Source: the human T2T-CHM13v2.0 reference genome, Homo sapiens. From it: 64,000 nt of DNA. The notes under the pieces were generated by a model that was given only the letters and a program-made list of their open reading frames with translations, did no database searches and had not been told where the DNA came from. The stretch is from the NCBI RefSeq assembly GCF_009914755.1, contig NC_060934.1. The stretch is one strand, 5' to 3'. Each line of letters opens with the position of its first letter. Within the stretch, counting starts at the first letter, position 1. Position numbers and translations under genes: made by a program. Below are positions 14,186 through 32,991 of this stretch, in pieces.

Positions 14186-15119
14186 TGCACCTGGCTGCTA
14201 ATATGTCTTTAGTGTCAGACAGACGTTCTAGAACTGGTACAACAGGCTGAGGTCCCTGCCCCTTCAGAGTAAGGGTGGGCAGGCAGAGTGAGTTGAGAGC
14301 ACCTGTTCTTGGCACTTCCAGCTCTAGAGCAGGCGGGTTTTTGCAGACACGCATCCCCAGTTTTGCCTCACCCTCTTACACTGGATGTCAGGCTGAGCTC
14401 CTCCTTGAAGAAAGCAACGGAACCAGCGAATTCTCACTAACATATGAAGGATTGCTGCATCTAGGGAAACAGTATAGAGCAAAGTGGAATTGGGGGCCTG
14501 TGAAGGAGCCTGGATCTCAGCCTCCACTTTCTCCCCTAACCCCTGTGGGCCCCACCTGACCCCTTTGGGCCTCTGGTTGATTGAACACACCTCACCCCTG
14601 GTTGAGTGCTGGCATTTAAAGAGTCAGTGGGGAGGGTGGGGTAGAGACAGCACTGACTCCAGGCCTCTTCCCCCATGCTTGCAGGGTTAGGGGAACAAGG
14701 TTGTAGTTCCGAGGTCAGCTGGGGTGGGCAGAATGGAACCCAGAGCCCCCACCGCCCCTAGGGTTGGTGTTCTCCCCAGACTAGGAGAGAAGGCCCCGGG
14801 GGTTCTTTCCCAGCCCAGCAGGGTATGGAAGTTGTCTTCTCTAGGTGCAAGAATGCTCTGTGTGGCTTCTGGACACCAGTGTAGAGCTGTGTACACCGGG
14901 GTGGGGGTGGAGGGGGGTGGGGGTGGGGGTGGCTCTGCCATTCTCTCCCTGGGATGTGGGGACACACAGGAGTGAGTGGGTGTGCCTGTGTGTGTTCCCA
15001 AGTTCCCCTGGGCCTGCTGTAGCCTGTGGGAGGACGCTTAGCAATGACATGAATGGCACTGACCCACATTTCAGTAGCTCCTGCTGGTCAGCAGCATCTC
15101 AGCCCTCATGTTAAATGAG

Positions 15120-16480
<1,361 letters not shown>

Positions 16481-16523
16481 AGAAAGTACCATTTAGTCTG
16501 ATCTTTCCTCTGTGTTAATCTAA

Positions 16524-16839
<316 letters not shown>

Positions 16840-18367
16840 TGATACATTCTTTGTTATGTCTCTTTCTTAAATACCAGTACATATTGCTGAATTATAATAT
16901 TAAAAAATGAGTTAATATACATGCAACCTTTAGGACAGTGCCTGACAGTGCCTGTGAGTATACAATCAGTTTTAGCTGACTTTGCCCAGTCTCTCTCTCC
17001 AAGCCCTGTGGGTGCTCAGAAGGAGTCCCCCATTGATCTACATGTGTGGTCACTGTCATGTGGCATCCTCATTGCTTCCAGGACTTCAGACATCCCTGAC
17101 CCTACCCCCACCCCCATTTCAGGTGCCCAGGCTGTGCCGTGTCAGGCAGGACTTGACCTTGGGTCTGTGCCTACTTTTAACCAAGGATTTGGCCAGGTCC
17201 CTGGTTAAGCCTCCACCCTGTCTTCCCTGCTGCCCTGGTGGAGACCCGGTACCCCAGGCTAGCAGCCTTGATATGCCTGGCTCCCACTCCCTTAAGACAT
17301 GTTCTCTCCTGGAAGCCCCTCAATCTTCTGGGGGTTCTGTCACACCAGTTTGCCCAGACTAGGCGGGCCTTAGCTGGGTCCACCTGGGACGTGCACCCCT
17401 TAGTGTCGTGATGACTGCCCTTAGTGTTCTGTGTATAAGGGGACATGTGCAAGGGGGAGGTCTGTGCATGTCAGCTGTGGGCAGTGATGCAGCAGATCAC
17501 TGCAAAATTGGGCATCTGCACAGACCAGGCACCATGCCAGGCACCAGGGAGCTGTGGACGGGGACAGCCTGCCTTCCAGGAGCTGGTGGCACTGCAAGGA
17601 CAAGAGAGAATGAACAAATCATTTTCGCCAGGTGTCGTGAGAGCTAGGGTGGGGCAGGGTTTGGAGAACAGTGGCGGTGTGATAGGCCAGAACCAGCCAG
17701 GACGCCACTTCCCTCTCTTCTGGAGCTTCTAGAACAAGGAACCAGTGATGTTGTGGACCCAGGGGGAGCCAGGGGGCCTGTGGTGTCGGGTGGGACCACC
17801 GCACCCTGGAAACCATATAGCACTGATGGTCTGAGCTCTTCTTAATCTCTGCACCCTCTCTCCCATCCTTTAGCCAGACTTGAGATCTGGCCAGACCCTG
17901 AGAAGGGCCCATCCACAAAGGGCCTTTGGTTTCTCTACTTGTCACAAGAACTGGTTTTGGATGAACAGAAAGAATGAAGCCGCCCACCGGCCATCGCCTG
18001 CCTGGTCCTTTCTTGTGGTGTTCAGTGTGGAAACCTCAAATTGTATCTGCAGAATTGGCACGCATGTATTGTAACTGGTTTTCTCTTACAAAAAGCTGTT
18101 CGTCTTTTATTCACACAAGTACAGTGTAACCATCCACTAGTTGTGAAAATTCAACCAGTATCTTTATCTCCCTCCCTGTTCTCATTCCTACTCCCTGGGC
18201 TCTGGTTTTAAAAGGTATCACTGAGACCCGTGCAGCCCCGTGGGTGGTTGGGCCTTTCTCCTCTCTGTGCTGTCCCTGGCTGTGTGACATCCCCGCCTGC
18301 TTCTCTGGCCACCTAGTACTGTGTGCTACACACACCCCTTTCTGCTCAGCCAGCAAGCGTGGTTTCA

Positions 18368-18856
<489 letters not shown>

Positions 18857-19689
18857 TTACACACAGCAGGTACTCACTGCAAGAATTGTCTTGTTCTGTA
18901 GAGTATGTTATTAGGAGCCCTGGAGCAGAAGAGTCCATCTGAGGAGTATCTGAGTTAGTGGTATGGAAGTGACATTACTCATGAGTGATGGCAGGGGGTC
19001 AGGGGCAGAGGGCACCACTGGCTCTCGGAATGCAGCACCTCAGCTTGGGTGTCCTCTGGCACTAGAGGAGCCAGTAAGAGGCATGAAGGCATTTCTTAGT
19101 ATTTCTTGGGGGAAGCCATGCAGAATTCTCTAAAGATGAGAGCAGAGGTGGGGTTGGTGGGCCAGGGAGAGTCGTTGGGAAGGACTAACTTGGTTTCCCA
19201 GAGGAAGCCAACAGCGGGAGAACCCTTGGCACATCGTCCCTGGGAGAGTGTAGCAGGAATTTCCATAAATGTGTTCGGTTGGGTTAGGGCAGACAGCCTG
19301 GCTTCCAGAAAACCTGCCTGCTTTGCATTGCCCAGTACAGCAGGTTTGGGACAGGAAGCTCCAGAGTGACTTTAATTCTAGAGCCTGCTGGGGACCTTGG
19401 CCAGTCACTGCCTTCTCTGGGTGGCGTCCCTTCCTTGGCAATAGCAGACTGATCCTTCCCCCTCTTGCCTCTACGTAGCCTGAGGGAAAAGGAGAAAAAG
19501 CACTTCTCCCTCTCCACCTTGGCCTAAAGGAGGGCAGGGCAGATGCCAGGGTCTGTTGCGCACTGACTGCGTGCTGAGGCCTGCACTAAGTTCTTTACAC
19601 ACAACATTGAAAATGGGCTAATTCCATCAGGTCTACCTGCCCTGCTTGCTTTGGGTTGCTTTTTTAATTCTCCCCCTCCCAAGCTTTTT

Positions 19690-20255
19690 CTATGAAGCTG
19701 AAGGCTGTGGTAGCTGAAGGCCTCACCGCTGAACACTGGAACTTAACCTTCACTGGCTACTTTATAGATAACATTCATAGGTCACCATGGTAATATTCAC
19801 TTCAGTGTTTTTCAGGAACTTGGCCAGCGCCTGTCTAGTTCAAACTAGCTGAGACCCCGATCCTTCACCCTAGACTGCCCAAGTGCCCAAGGGGTGGCCT
19901 TTTGAAGTCAGAGGGCCGACGACGACACCCTCAGATCATGCAAATGCCACCATTTTTGTTGCATGTGCCCTGTGAAGTGCCGTGAAGCCTGACTACCCTT
20001 GCTCAGGAGGAACCTGTCACTTCATTTTTTTCCCACTGCCAATCACCTGTCCCCATGATTTAGATCATCCCACTTCCCTTACCTGTAAATATCCTTAAGC
20101 CTTATCCTCAAGGGTCGGGTGGGGGTGGTTTTGAGAGCTGTTCTCCCACCTCCTCATGTATTGCCCTTGCAAATCTTTCTCTTTTGCAAAACCCATGTCA
20201 TCATGATTTATTCACTGTGCAGAGGCAGAATGAACCTGGACCTAGCCAATCTTAC
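19690..20255 (+). mobile_element. ERV1-type LTR remnant (boundaries approximate)
   Basis: LTR-like U3/R/U5 content (ccctcagatcatgc, gtaaatatccttaagcc, ttgccctTGCAAATCtttctc, ggcagaatgaacctg). Confidence 0.55.
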
Positions 20256-20624
20256 TTAACAATTTTTGTATTTTTAGTAGAGGTGGGTTTTCACCATGTT
20301 GGCCAGGCTGGTCTTGAACTCCTGACCTCAAATAATCCATCCAGCTCAGCCTCCCAAAGTGCTGGGATTACAGGCGTATGCCACCACGCCCAGCCCATTT
20401 GATGAGTTTTTACAAATGCATACACCTGTGTAATTCAAACCTCTAACAGGATATATAGACTTGCATTGGGGTTTTTAATGTTAAAACTTACAACAATACT
20501 TCAAATAATGTCTTCAAACACAAATCTTTGTACAGGTAATAATTAGACTCCTTTGGGTGACATATTTCAGAAAACAGCCCCAGCTAGCTTAAGCAAAGAG
20601 GGAGAGTGTAAAAAATATGACTCC

Positions 20625-20874
20625 ATGGTACGGTGGCTCACACCTGTAATCCCAGCAATTTGAGAGGCTGAGGTGGGTGGATCATGAGGTCAGGAGTTCA
20701 AGATCAACCTGGCCAAGATGGTGAAACCCTGTCTCCACTAAAAATATAAAAATTAGTGCCAGGCACCTGTAATCCCAGCTACTCGGGAGGCTGAGGCAGC
20801 AGAGGTTGCAGTGAGCCAAGATCGCGCCACTGCACTCCAGCCTGGGTGAAAGAGAGAGACTCTATCTCAAAAAA

Positions 20875-20907
<33 letters not shown>

Positions 20908-21000
20908 GTGTATATATATATATATATGTATATATATATGTATATATATGTGTATATATATATGTGTATATATATATATATGTGTGTGTATATATATATA

Positions 21001-21065
<65 letters not shown>
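20625..21065 (+). mobile_element. Internally deleted AluS with a tail expanded into a (TA)n/(TG)n microsatellite
   Basis: Alu 20625-20890, TA/TG tract 20891-21065. tatgac duplication at 20616-20621 and 21063-21068. Confidence 0.9.
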
Positions 21066-21067
<2 letters not shown>

Positions 21068-21429
21068 CCAGCAGAGGACCATGGCAGGAATGCAGCAGGG
21101 ACTGGGACTAGGAGGCTGCCCGGGGAGTCCTGGAAGCTCCCTCTGTGTCCTCCATAGGGGTGCACCACTCACTTCTCCCCTCAGGACAACCTGCTGCTGC
21201 TGCAGAGAGAACAGTTGGACCACCTTCCAGCAATTGCACCTCTGGATCCAACACAGTGTTCGTGCCAAGGCCTTGCTCCCCCATCCAGCACACTCCACCC
21301 ACAGGCTGCTGACTGAGCAGGGCAGGGATATAGAGCTGGCTGTGTCTGCCCCTCCATCCTGCAGCGAGGCTGGGAGCCTCCCCATTGGTCTGACCAAGAG
21401 TTGCCCAGAGCTATCCTGCAGTGTCAGGC

Positions 21430-22150
21430 TTGTTGTGTCTACTGAGGAAAGATGAGGTTCATACACATTTGGAAAGGAGAGCTTTATTTCTCATAAAGGG
21501 TTGCAACCTGCTGGGTGGTCATTCTGACAGGCTGGGAAACGTAGCCTCTGGCCAGAAGCCAGAAACAGACACTTCGAAGGTGGGGAGAATAAGACAGGGA
21601 TTTACGCTGAATAGGGTGTCCAGATATACATATTCAACAGGTTATAGGAGCAGCAATGAATATTCACAAAGGGGAGGCAAGGGCATTCGTAGTAGGGTAA
21701 CATGTATGTAACACGTGTCCCAGATTCACTTTGGGGTGGAGACTTAACATTTAAACATATTACAGTTAGGCCCTCTACATTAAAACGGGAAGCAGAGGAC
21801 ACGAAGGCCCTCTGGGTGCAGCTTCTGGAGACTGGCCAGAACCACTCTGTGGCCAGGGTTTTTTTTTTTTTTTATCAGGAGGGACTGCTTAGCGGTTGCT
21901 GTGTCAAGCTGCAAAAGGGGAGGGGCTGTGTTAGGCAGTTGGTTGGTACCAGCGTGAAGCAGTGGTTTCTGTTTAACCCTTAGAGAAGAAAGCCTAATGG
22001 TTAGGGGGGGAGGGGGCATAATGAGGCCTGTCCAACCTCCTGTTCCATCATGTCCGGGAACTCCATTTTTAAGGTTTCTCGGGGGTCCCCTAGGCCAAGA
22101 GGTGGTCCATTTGGTCAGTTGAGGGGCTTAGGATTTTATTTCTCTGGCTC
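21430..22150 (-). mobile_element. ERV1 (MER4-group) LTR, antisense (boundaries approximate)
   Basis: Typical antisense motifs ggagagctttatttctcataaaggg and aggtttctcgggggtcccctaggccaagagg...gagggcttaggattttatt. Confidence 0.7.
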
Positions 22151-22879
22151 TTTCCCTCTCTCTTTTTGTGGGTATTAGAGCCACACTGTGGTTTGAAGGC
22201 CCTTCCTGTTGCCTTCTGTTTCCTCCTTTGTTCTTCACAGGTGTTTCGCCAAATAGCTTTCTTGCACAGACTTGAACAACCCACCCTCTGCCTTGTCTCA
22301 GCCTCTCTGGGCACCTGCTTTGTCTCTGAAGGCCGGCACTGCTGTGGCACTGCTTGGTGAAAATGACCACCCTGGTTTCCAGCTTCACATGGTACAGTTC
22401 CAGCAGACTAAGAGCTGGTTCTTGCCCTGCCCTATGCTGCCATCTCAAGAGAGGGGGCAGGTCCTGTCCACGATGGTGGTCATGGGTCAGGGAACTGTTG
22501 CTTAATCTTCCCTGTGGATGGAGGAGGCTGTAGCCATCTGGGTTGGTGCCTCCAAATCTGTGGATGGAAGTGCAAACCTCTGGTTATCTCCTAAACAAAG
22601 GGAAGCTTCATTTTGAAGGCTTTCCATGTGTACCTTCAGTTTGTCCTTTAGAAATGCCCTGTTTCAGAGTCTCAGATAGCAGTGAGTGGGCATGCTCTTT
22701 CCCAGCCTTGCTAGCACTGCCCACAGTTTTATGACTCAGAATGGAATCTCATATTTGTTCAATTTTATTTCTTTTTAACTAATAGTGAAGTTGGATTTTT
22801 TTCATGTGTTTTGGCCATTTTTTTTTCTGTTATGAATTGTTTATGTCCTTTGCTGACTTTTTTGTTTGGGCGTTTGTCT

Positions 22880-23305
22880 TCCTTCCTTTCCTTCCTTCCT
22901 TCCTTCCTTCCTTCCTTCCTTCCTTCCTTCCTTCCTTCCTCCTCTTTCTTTTCTCTTTCTTTCTTTCTCTCTCTTTCTCTCCTTCCTTCCTCTCTCTTTC
23001 TTTCTTTCATTCATTCTTTCTTTCTTTTTGTTCTTCTTTCTTCCTTTTCTTTCTTTTCTTTCCTTCCTTCCTTCTTTCATTGTTTCCTTCCTTCTTTCCT
23101 CCTCTTTTTCTTTCTTTCATTCTTTCTCTTCCTTTTTTCTTTTTGTTCTTTCTTCTTTCTTCCTTTTCTTTCTTTCTTTCCTTCCTTCTTTCTTTCTTTT
23201 CTTTCTTTCATTCTTTCCTTCCTTCCTTCCTCTTTCTTTCTCTTTCTCTTTCTCCTTCTCTTTCCCTCACTCCCTCCCTTCCTCGCTTCCTTCCTCTCTC
23301 CCTCC

Positions 23306-23343
<38 letters not shown>

Positions 23344-23729
23344 CTCTCTCTTTTTCTTTCTTTCTGCCTTTCTCCTTTTCTTCTCCCTTTCTCCCTTTCT
23401 CTTTCTTTTCTTTTCTTTTTCTTTTTTAAATTCTATGCTGCTTCTGGGTCAGGGTCTTACTTTATCACCCAGGCTAGAGTGCAGTGGTGCAATCATAACT
23501 CACTGCACCCTCGACCTCCTAGGCTCAAGTGATTCTCCCACCTCAGCCTCCAGAGCTGGAACTATAGGCATATGCCACCACACTCGGCTAATTTTTGAAT
23601 TTTCTTTTTTTTGTAGAGATGGGGTCTCACTATGTTGGCCAGGCTTGTCTTGAACTTCTGGGCTCAAGTGATTCTCCCACCTCAGTCTCCCAAAGTGTTG
23701 GGATTACAGGGTGAGCCACCACACTTGAC
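22880..23729 (-). mobile_element. AluJ (23447-23729) with a ~550 bp (CCTT/CTTT/CT)n tail, inserted in an L1 remnant
   Basis: Polypyrimidine tract 22880-23430 abuts the antisense Alu. Flanks read as contiguous L1-like sequence. Confidence 0.9.
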
Positions 23730-24479
23730 CCCTTTCCTATTGATTTGTTAAGATGATAACTTTATCATATATGTTGCATTTATTTTTTAGCTTTAAAATA
23801 CCATTAGATATACATGCTGTCTTAGAGCCTGTCCTCTCCATTCCTGTGTGTCTCAGTCTATGCTGGAGCTGACCTAGCTTCAGATCAATAACCTTTGCTT
23901 ATTTTATGATGTCCTTTATTAGATTACTTACTTTGTCAAGCATTATATCTGGTTTCTTTTACAGTCATCATCTCGTTCAACCCTCCAACAATACCACAAG
24001 GTGTTATTTTACAGCTAGAGATACCCGTGTCTGATGCCAAATCCTTGCTTGTTTCAGGGCTGGATATGGTAATCCTCTCTGCCATTTTCGATGACAGGTT
24101 GAGAGGAGAGAAAGGTAGATCCTGGAAGAGTGCCCAGGCTGGGGTGACTCGGGGAGGAGACTAAGGGGAAAGCATGATGACTTTGAAAGCCCTCCGTCAA
24201 ATTCTTGTGGTTCTCTGACTTGATGTTATTTAAACCCCTGTGTACTTTCAAGAGGTTCCCCTCTACAGCCACAAGAATGGGAAATGGCTTGTGTTCTCTG
24301 AGTCACACTGGTAGATTATCTATGGGCCTTCTGAGTTTCACTTTGCACCCCCTCTTGGCTATTCTTTCCTTTTCCCACATCCGCCCACCTCACCATCAAC
24401 AAACCTGCACAGTGTCTTTGCCCTTCAAAAGTAATTGTTATTCTTTCTTTGAACTAAATGACGGCATCTAAGCTGAATT

Positions 24480-27550
<3,071 letters not shown>

Positions 27551-27566
27551 CTTTTTCAAGATTTTT

Positions 27567-28158
<592 letters not shown>

Positions 28159-28700
28159 GCAAAATGCCTCCTCTGCATCTGTATTTTTGTCCCCATTCTC
28201 AATTTTAATGTTTATGAATATTTTACATATTTTTTTCTTGGTCACCTTTGCCTATTTTATTGTCTCTTTATTATTATTATTATTTTAAATTTTTAGATGA
28301 AGTAGCTTTAAGACACTACACTGTCCTTATTTTGCTCACTTTGCCCATGACTGGCGACACGTCAATGTGCCCAGCATTTGGAAGCCTTGCTCGAAACTGA
28401 GAACTAGCTGCTTAGGCTTCTGTCCTGGCAGCTCTGGTGAGTTCTCCCCAAAAAGACGTGTCCTGGGACTGCCTGGGCATGGGTTCTGTTGGATCCCTGG
28501 GTGGCATTTCCATTGAGGTGGCTGCCTATGGGTGTTTTCTAGGCTTGCAAGACGGGAATGAACTTGGGTGTGTTTGTACTTCCCATGGGGAGGTTATGTC
28601 ATTGCTCTTTCGGCTAAATTTACAAGGGTTTTGAGAAAGAATTTAAAGCACACAGGCTCTGAGTGACCAAAGCATCCTGCTGCTTCCAACCCCTTGGGAG

Positions 28701-28826
28701 GGAAGCCCTGGGTGGTGGGGGATTAGGGGAGGCGTGGAAGCCCTGGGTAGGTGGGGGATTAGGGGAGGCGTGGAAGCCCTGGGTGGTGGGGGATTAGGGG
28801 AGGCGTGGAAGCCCTGGGTAGGTGGG
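28701..28826. repeat. G-rich minisatellite, alternating 35/36 bp units (~3.5 copies)
   Basis: ggaagccctgggt(a)ggtgggggattaggggaggcgt, units starting at 28701, 28736, 28772 and 28807 (partial). Confidence 0.95.
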
Positions 28827-29796
28827 TACATCTAAGTCCTAGGTGCTGGAGGGGTCCATGGAACTCCTGTGCGGGGAGGGTGCCGTGGAGTTCCTGGGGG
28901 GAAGGCTGTGGCCATGCGAGATGACACTACCCCCTTGCAGTTGCCTAGGTCCCTCCCTCCCTCCCTGCCTGCCTTCGGTACCAGGCTGTTGCAGTGGGAC
29001 CAGGCCCTTGGACTGCCCTCTGCCCCCACCTCTTTCCCGGGTGGCTGACGTTCTCCCACTGTCTCTTTCACTGAGGTCAGGCAAGGTCATAGCTTCATAA
29101 AGAGATTTTCCAGGGAAGATTTTAGGCAGGGGAAAGTTGGCCCCTGCTGGAGCAGGTCTCTTGGCGAGAGGTGAGAACAGCCACAAGCACAGAAGCCATT
29201 TGCAGACGGACGGGTGTGTCTCTGTGTCCCCATGGCACCGTACACAGGAGAGTCCGTGAGTGTTTCCTGAGTGAATCGCTCCACTCTCCCGGCCTCAATC
29301 CCTTCATCTCTAAAATAGAATTGATAATGCTTTCCCCGCAGACACCCCTCAGCACGGGCAGGATTTCCCAGCCGTCAGAGGAGGTAGGGCAGGACAGGCG
29401 TCAACCCAGAAGCAGAGGCCTTTCCAGTGTGGCTCTGAGAAAGCCTAGAGCTGCTTTTACATTAGGGCCTCCTACATGTGAGCACATGTGTGATCTCAAC
29501 TGCTTTCACTGGTAATGTGCCCAGGCTGCACACGAGTAGCTGGGGACTCAGAGGGGAAGCTACTTGCTGAAGGACACTCAGCATAAGGGGCACAGCCCAC
29601 CCCCCACTTCTGGTCTGGGAAGGCTTTGGGAATGCTGTCCACTCCAGATGGTATCAGTAAGGAACCTTTTGTCCAGTTCTGTTGAACAAAGAACAACAAA
29701 GATAACCAATAAACAAATGCTTTTAGGAAATAGCTGGGAGACGTAATTAGGGGAGAAAGTCTAAATCATGAAGCCTTTTCAAGAAAGTCCTAGTAT

Positions 29797-30578
29797 TGTT
29801 AGAGGAACCCCTGCTTATTAAGCCTCTGGTTTAATAAAACATGACTAGAGTGACTCTATCTTAAAGTGAATAGCTGGGCACTCACAAGGCACCTATAAGG
29901 TTAAGGCTTATGTTCTGAAAATAACCATATTCTAAGCTGACTACCAATTATAACTCCAAAATATTTATGGCCATACAGGACATCTCCCACCAAGCCTGCA
30001 GAATGTCCAAATGGTCTAAAAATACAACCCTCTTTACGCATTTTTTTTTTGAGACAGTCTCACTCTGTTGTCCAGGCTGGAGTGCAGTTTGGAGTGTAGT
30101 GGTACCATCACGGCTCACTGCAACCTTGACTTCCTCGGGCTCTGGCGATCCTTCAGCTTCCGCCTCCTGAGTAGCTGCGACTACAGCCGCTCGCCACCAA
30201 GCCGGGCTAATTTTTTGTATTTTTTATAGAAACAGATCTTCACCATGTTGCCCAGGCTGGTCTTGAACTCCTGGGCTCAAGCAATCCGCCCACCTTGGCT
30301 ACCCAAAGCAGATGTGGGCCACCAAGCCCGGCCTGTTTCTTTTAAGTGGAAACACTAACAAAGGCAGGTGCAGCCTGTTTCTTATAAGTGGAAACACTAA
30401 CAAAGGAGGGTGCGTTCCTCCTCCTGCTTTCTGAGGATGCCCTACTCTGTAACAAAGGAGTTTCCAATGCATTTACTTCTTTCATTGTTCTCTGTGACCT
30501 GCTCCCAGTTCTTTCCTACACAAGATCCGGGAACTGTCCCTGGGGGTCTGGATCCGTACCCCTCTTTTTCTGGCAACA
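29797..30578 (+). mobile_element. ERV1 solo LTR (MER41/MER4-group) containing an antisense AluJ (30041-30333)
   Basis: TG...CA termini (tgttagagg ... ggggtctggatcc..tggcaaca) with 4-bp TSD GTAT at 29793-29796 and 30579-30582. Confidence 0.8.
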
Positions 30579-32592
30579 GTATTATTTTCAAATACACTAC
30601 AGAAAATAAGCAAGAATGAGCTACTGCATCACCCCATGGGGGTCCCTGCAGTACCAGCTTCCAGGAGCATGTCAGAGTCACGAGGGATTGCTTACTCAGG
30701 GTTTGTAAACTGATCTGCATGGTTTGCTTAATAAGCAAAACTGCATGGTCTAAATGGTTTCCAAAAAACTTGAAAGCAATTTAGGTTCTTTAGAAAGTTA
30801 CATAATTCCTTGCCATCTCATTTGCCCTGTCGTGGGGTCTGAAAATCTTGTTTTAGTTTTGTTTTTTAAATCATAAACGGATGTTCATGTCTAGACTGCA
30901 GGCTCCGGCTTAGACCTGGGCTCTTCATGTCTCCTGTGCCCAGCTTGCTCTGTTAGCAGTGGGGAGGGGCTTCTGGCAGACTGGAGACCTGGCCACTCCC
31001 TCAGCACTCAGCCTCCGGAGAGAGGGCGGGTGTGAGTGCTGGGGAGTGGGGCCTTCTGGCCCATCCACATATGGCCTGGAGCCAGCTCTCTTCCTGTTCT
31101 GCCTGTGAGGTCCTCACTGCCAGCTGAGAGGGTTGGAGTGACAGAGAAGGGGTCCAGCGTGCCCAGCATGGTGACTGACATGGGTGTACTCAGGGCACAC
31201 TCCTTACTTTTCCTTCAAGCTCCCTGTAATTCCCATTTCCAACCTTGCCCACCTTCTTCTCCTCCCAAGAATGGGCATGGGAACTGGGGTCTGCTCAGTG
31301 AGTGCCCCTAGCTCTGGCCCCTGGAGAGCTGGCACTGCCACCTGTGGGAATCACTTCCAAATGCCCAGGAGAGTAGGGAGCAACAGCCAGAGGAGCTGAG
31401 ATTAACCAGTGTGGAGGGAGGGCCCTGAGGAGTCCCCTCTGTCCTGCAGAAGGAGAAGAGTGACTTAGGGCACGCGGGCACTGCCTCAGGCCCTGCAGCA
31501 GCTGAGGGGAGGACATACCCAGTGCCGTTGGCTGCAGACGCTGCTTGTCCAAATCCTACCCTTTGCAGCAATTAAGTGAGCGGGGGACTTTGGGCAAGCT
31601 ATCAGACCTCTCTGAATCTCAGCTTCCTCATGTATAAAAGAGGCCCTTAGGAAAATAAAGTGAGATCAAGCATTTATGCAGGGCCTGTCCCAAAGTAGGC
31701 ACTTAGGCAGTGGTAAGTAAAGGTAAATACACGAAAACCCCTGAAAGTGCTTGGCATTTATGATGAGTTTGTGCCTCTTAGGCGTGTGTGGCAGGGGCAG
31801 GGAACCTTGGCTGGCTCTGGGCCAAGTCCCTTCCTCCAAAAATATTGTCTCCCTCAACTGTGAGTCTCCAACCGTTTCCAGGTAAAAAGGAGAAGAGCTG
31901 GCCTTTCTGGGTGGGAGAGAAGCAGTGAGAAGGGGGCTGCTCCTTTCTGCAAGGGAGCCCTGAAGATGAGGAGGTGGGAGGGGAGGGGACAGGAACCCAG
32001 GCCACCTATTCTTAGCTTCTTCTCAGGAGCAGGGCTTGGCATTCCTCTTTCTCCCCCACTTTCTCCCTCTCTTGTTCTCTTTCCCCCACCGCTCCAACAA
32101 TCTGCTCTCAGTTCGCAGTCATTTTAATTCACTTTGGTCCAACAGACGTTTTCCTGTTTGTGAATTTCCCTTTCAGACCAGGCTTTGTGGGAATACTGGG
32201 ATGAACAAGCGGTGGCCCCTACCCTCCATGAGCTCACAGTCCTGTGAGGGGGCGAGGTGAAGTGGGAATACATGTCAGCATTCATTCATTCATTCATTCA
32301 TTCATCAATCAATATGCTGTGCCAGGCCCGTGCAGGGGCTATGGAGACAAAGAGGCATCAACAGGAGGAGGTGGTACCAGGGAGAGAAGCCCTGGACGCA
32401 GCGTAGGTGCACACCCCTGTAGCTTGCCATTCTCCCCTCCTGGCCAGGGCCTCTGCTCCAGGGGAGAGCTTAAGGTAGGGCAGTGTGTGTGGTGGGGGGT
32501 TGGCTGCAAAGGCCTTCCTTGAGTAGAGGGTGGACTCCCTGATGCTGGGGAGCTGAAGCTGGACCCCTGGTCAAGTCCTGATCTGATGGGTG

Positions 32593-32991
32593 TGTTAATT
32601 CTTGGGACCCCAATTGCTTAGTGCAAATCTGCCTTCCATTCAAAGTTATCCATCTGCTCGCTGAGATTAATGAGTATCTGATTGCCTTCTTTGGAAAGGC
32701 TAATCAGAAACTCAAAATAATGCAGCCATTTGTTTCTTATCTACTTATGACTGGGAAGTCCCCTCCCCACTTCGAGTTGTCCTGCCTTTCAGAACCGAAC
32801 CAATGTTCATCTTGCTTATACTGATCGATGGCTCATGTCTCCCTAAAATGTATAAAACCAAGCTGTGCCCCGACCACCTTGGCACATGTTCCCAGGACCT
32901 TTGAGGCTGTGTCACACACACACACCCTTAACTTTGGCAAAATAAACTTTCTACATTGACTGAGACCTGTCTCAGATATTTGGGGTTCACG
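32593..32991 (+). mobile_element. MER4-like ERV1 solo LTR
   Basis: ggaaaggctaatcagaaactc, tataaaaccaagctg..gaccacctt, ttaactttggcaaaataaac. TSD GGTG at 32589-32592 and 32992-32995. Confidence 0.8.

Noticed and set aside
20779-21466. YI/IY-repeat ORFs
   Set aside because: Translations of the (TA)n/(TG)n microsatellite.
22765-23653. 242-280 aa Phe/Leu/Ser-rich 'membrane-like' ORFs
   Set aside because: Translations of the CT-rich tract and Alu; no gene structure.
28701-28826. 35/36-bp repeats resembling a CRISPR array or telomeric repeat
   Set aside because: No spacers, no cas genes, human context, and only one TTAGGG per unit. It is a minisatellite.
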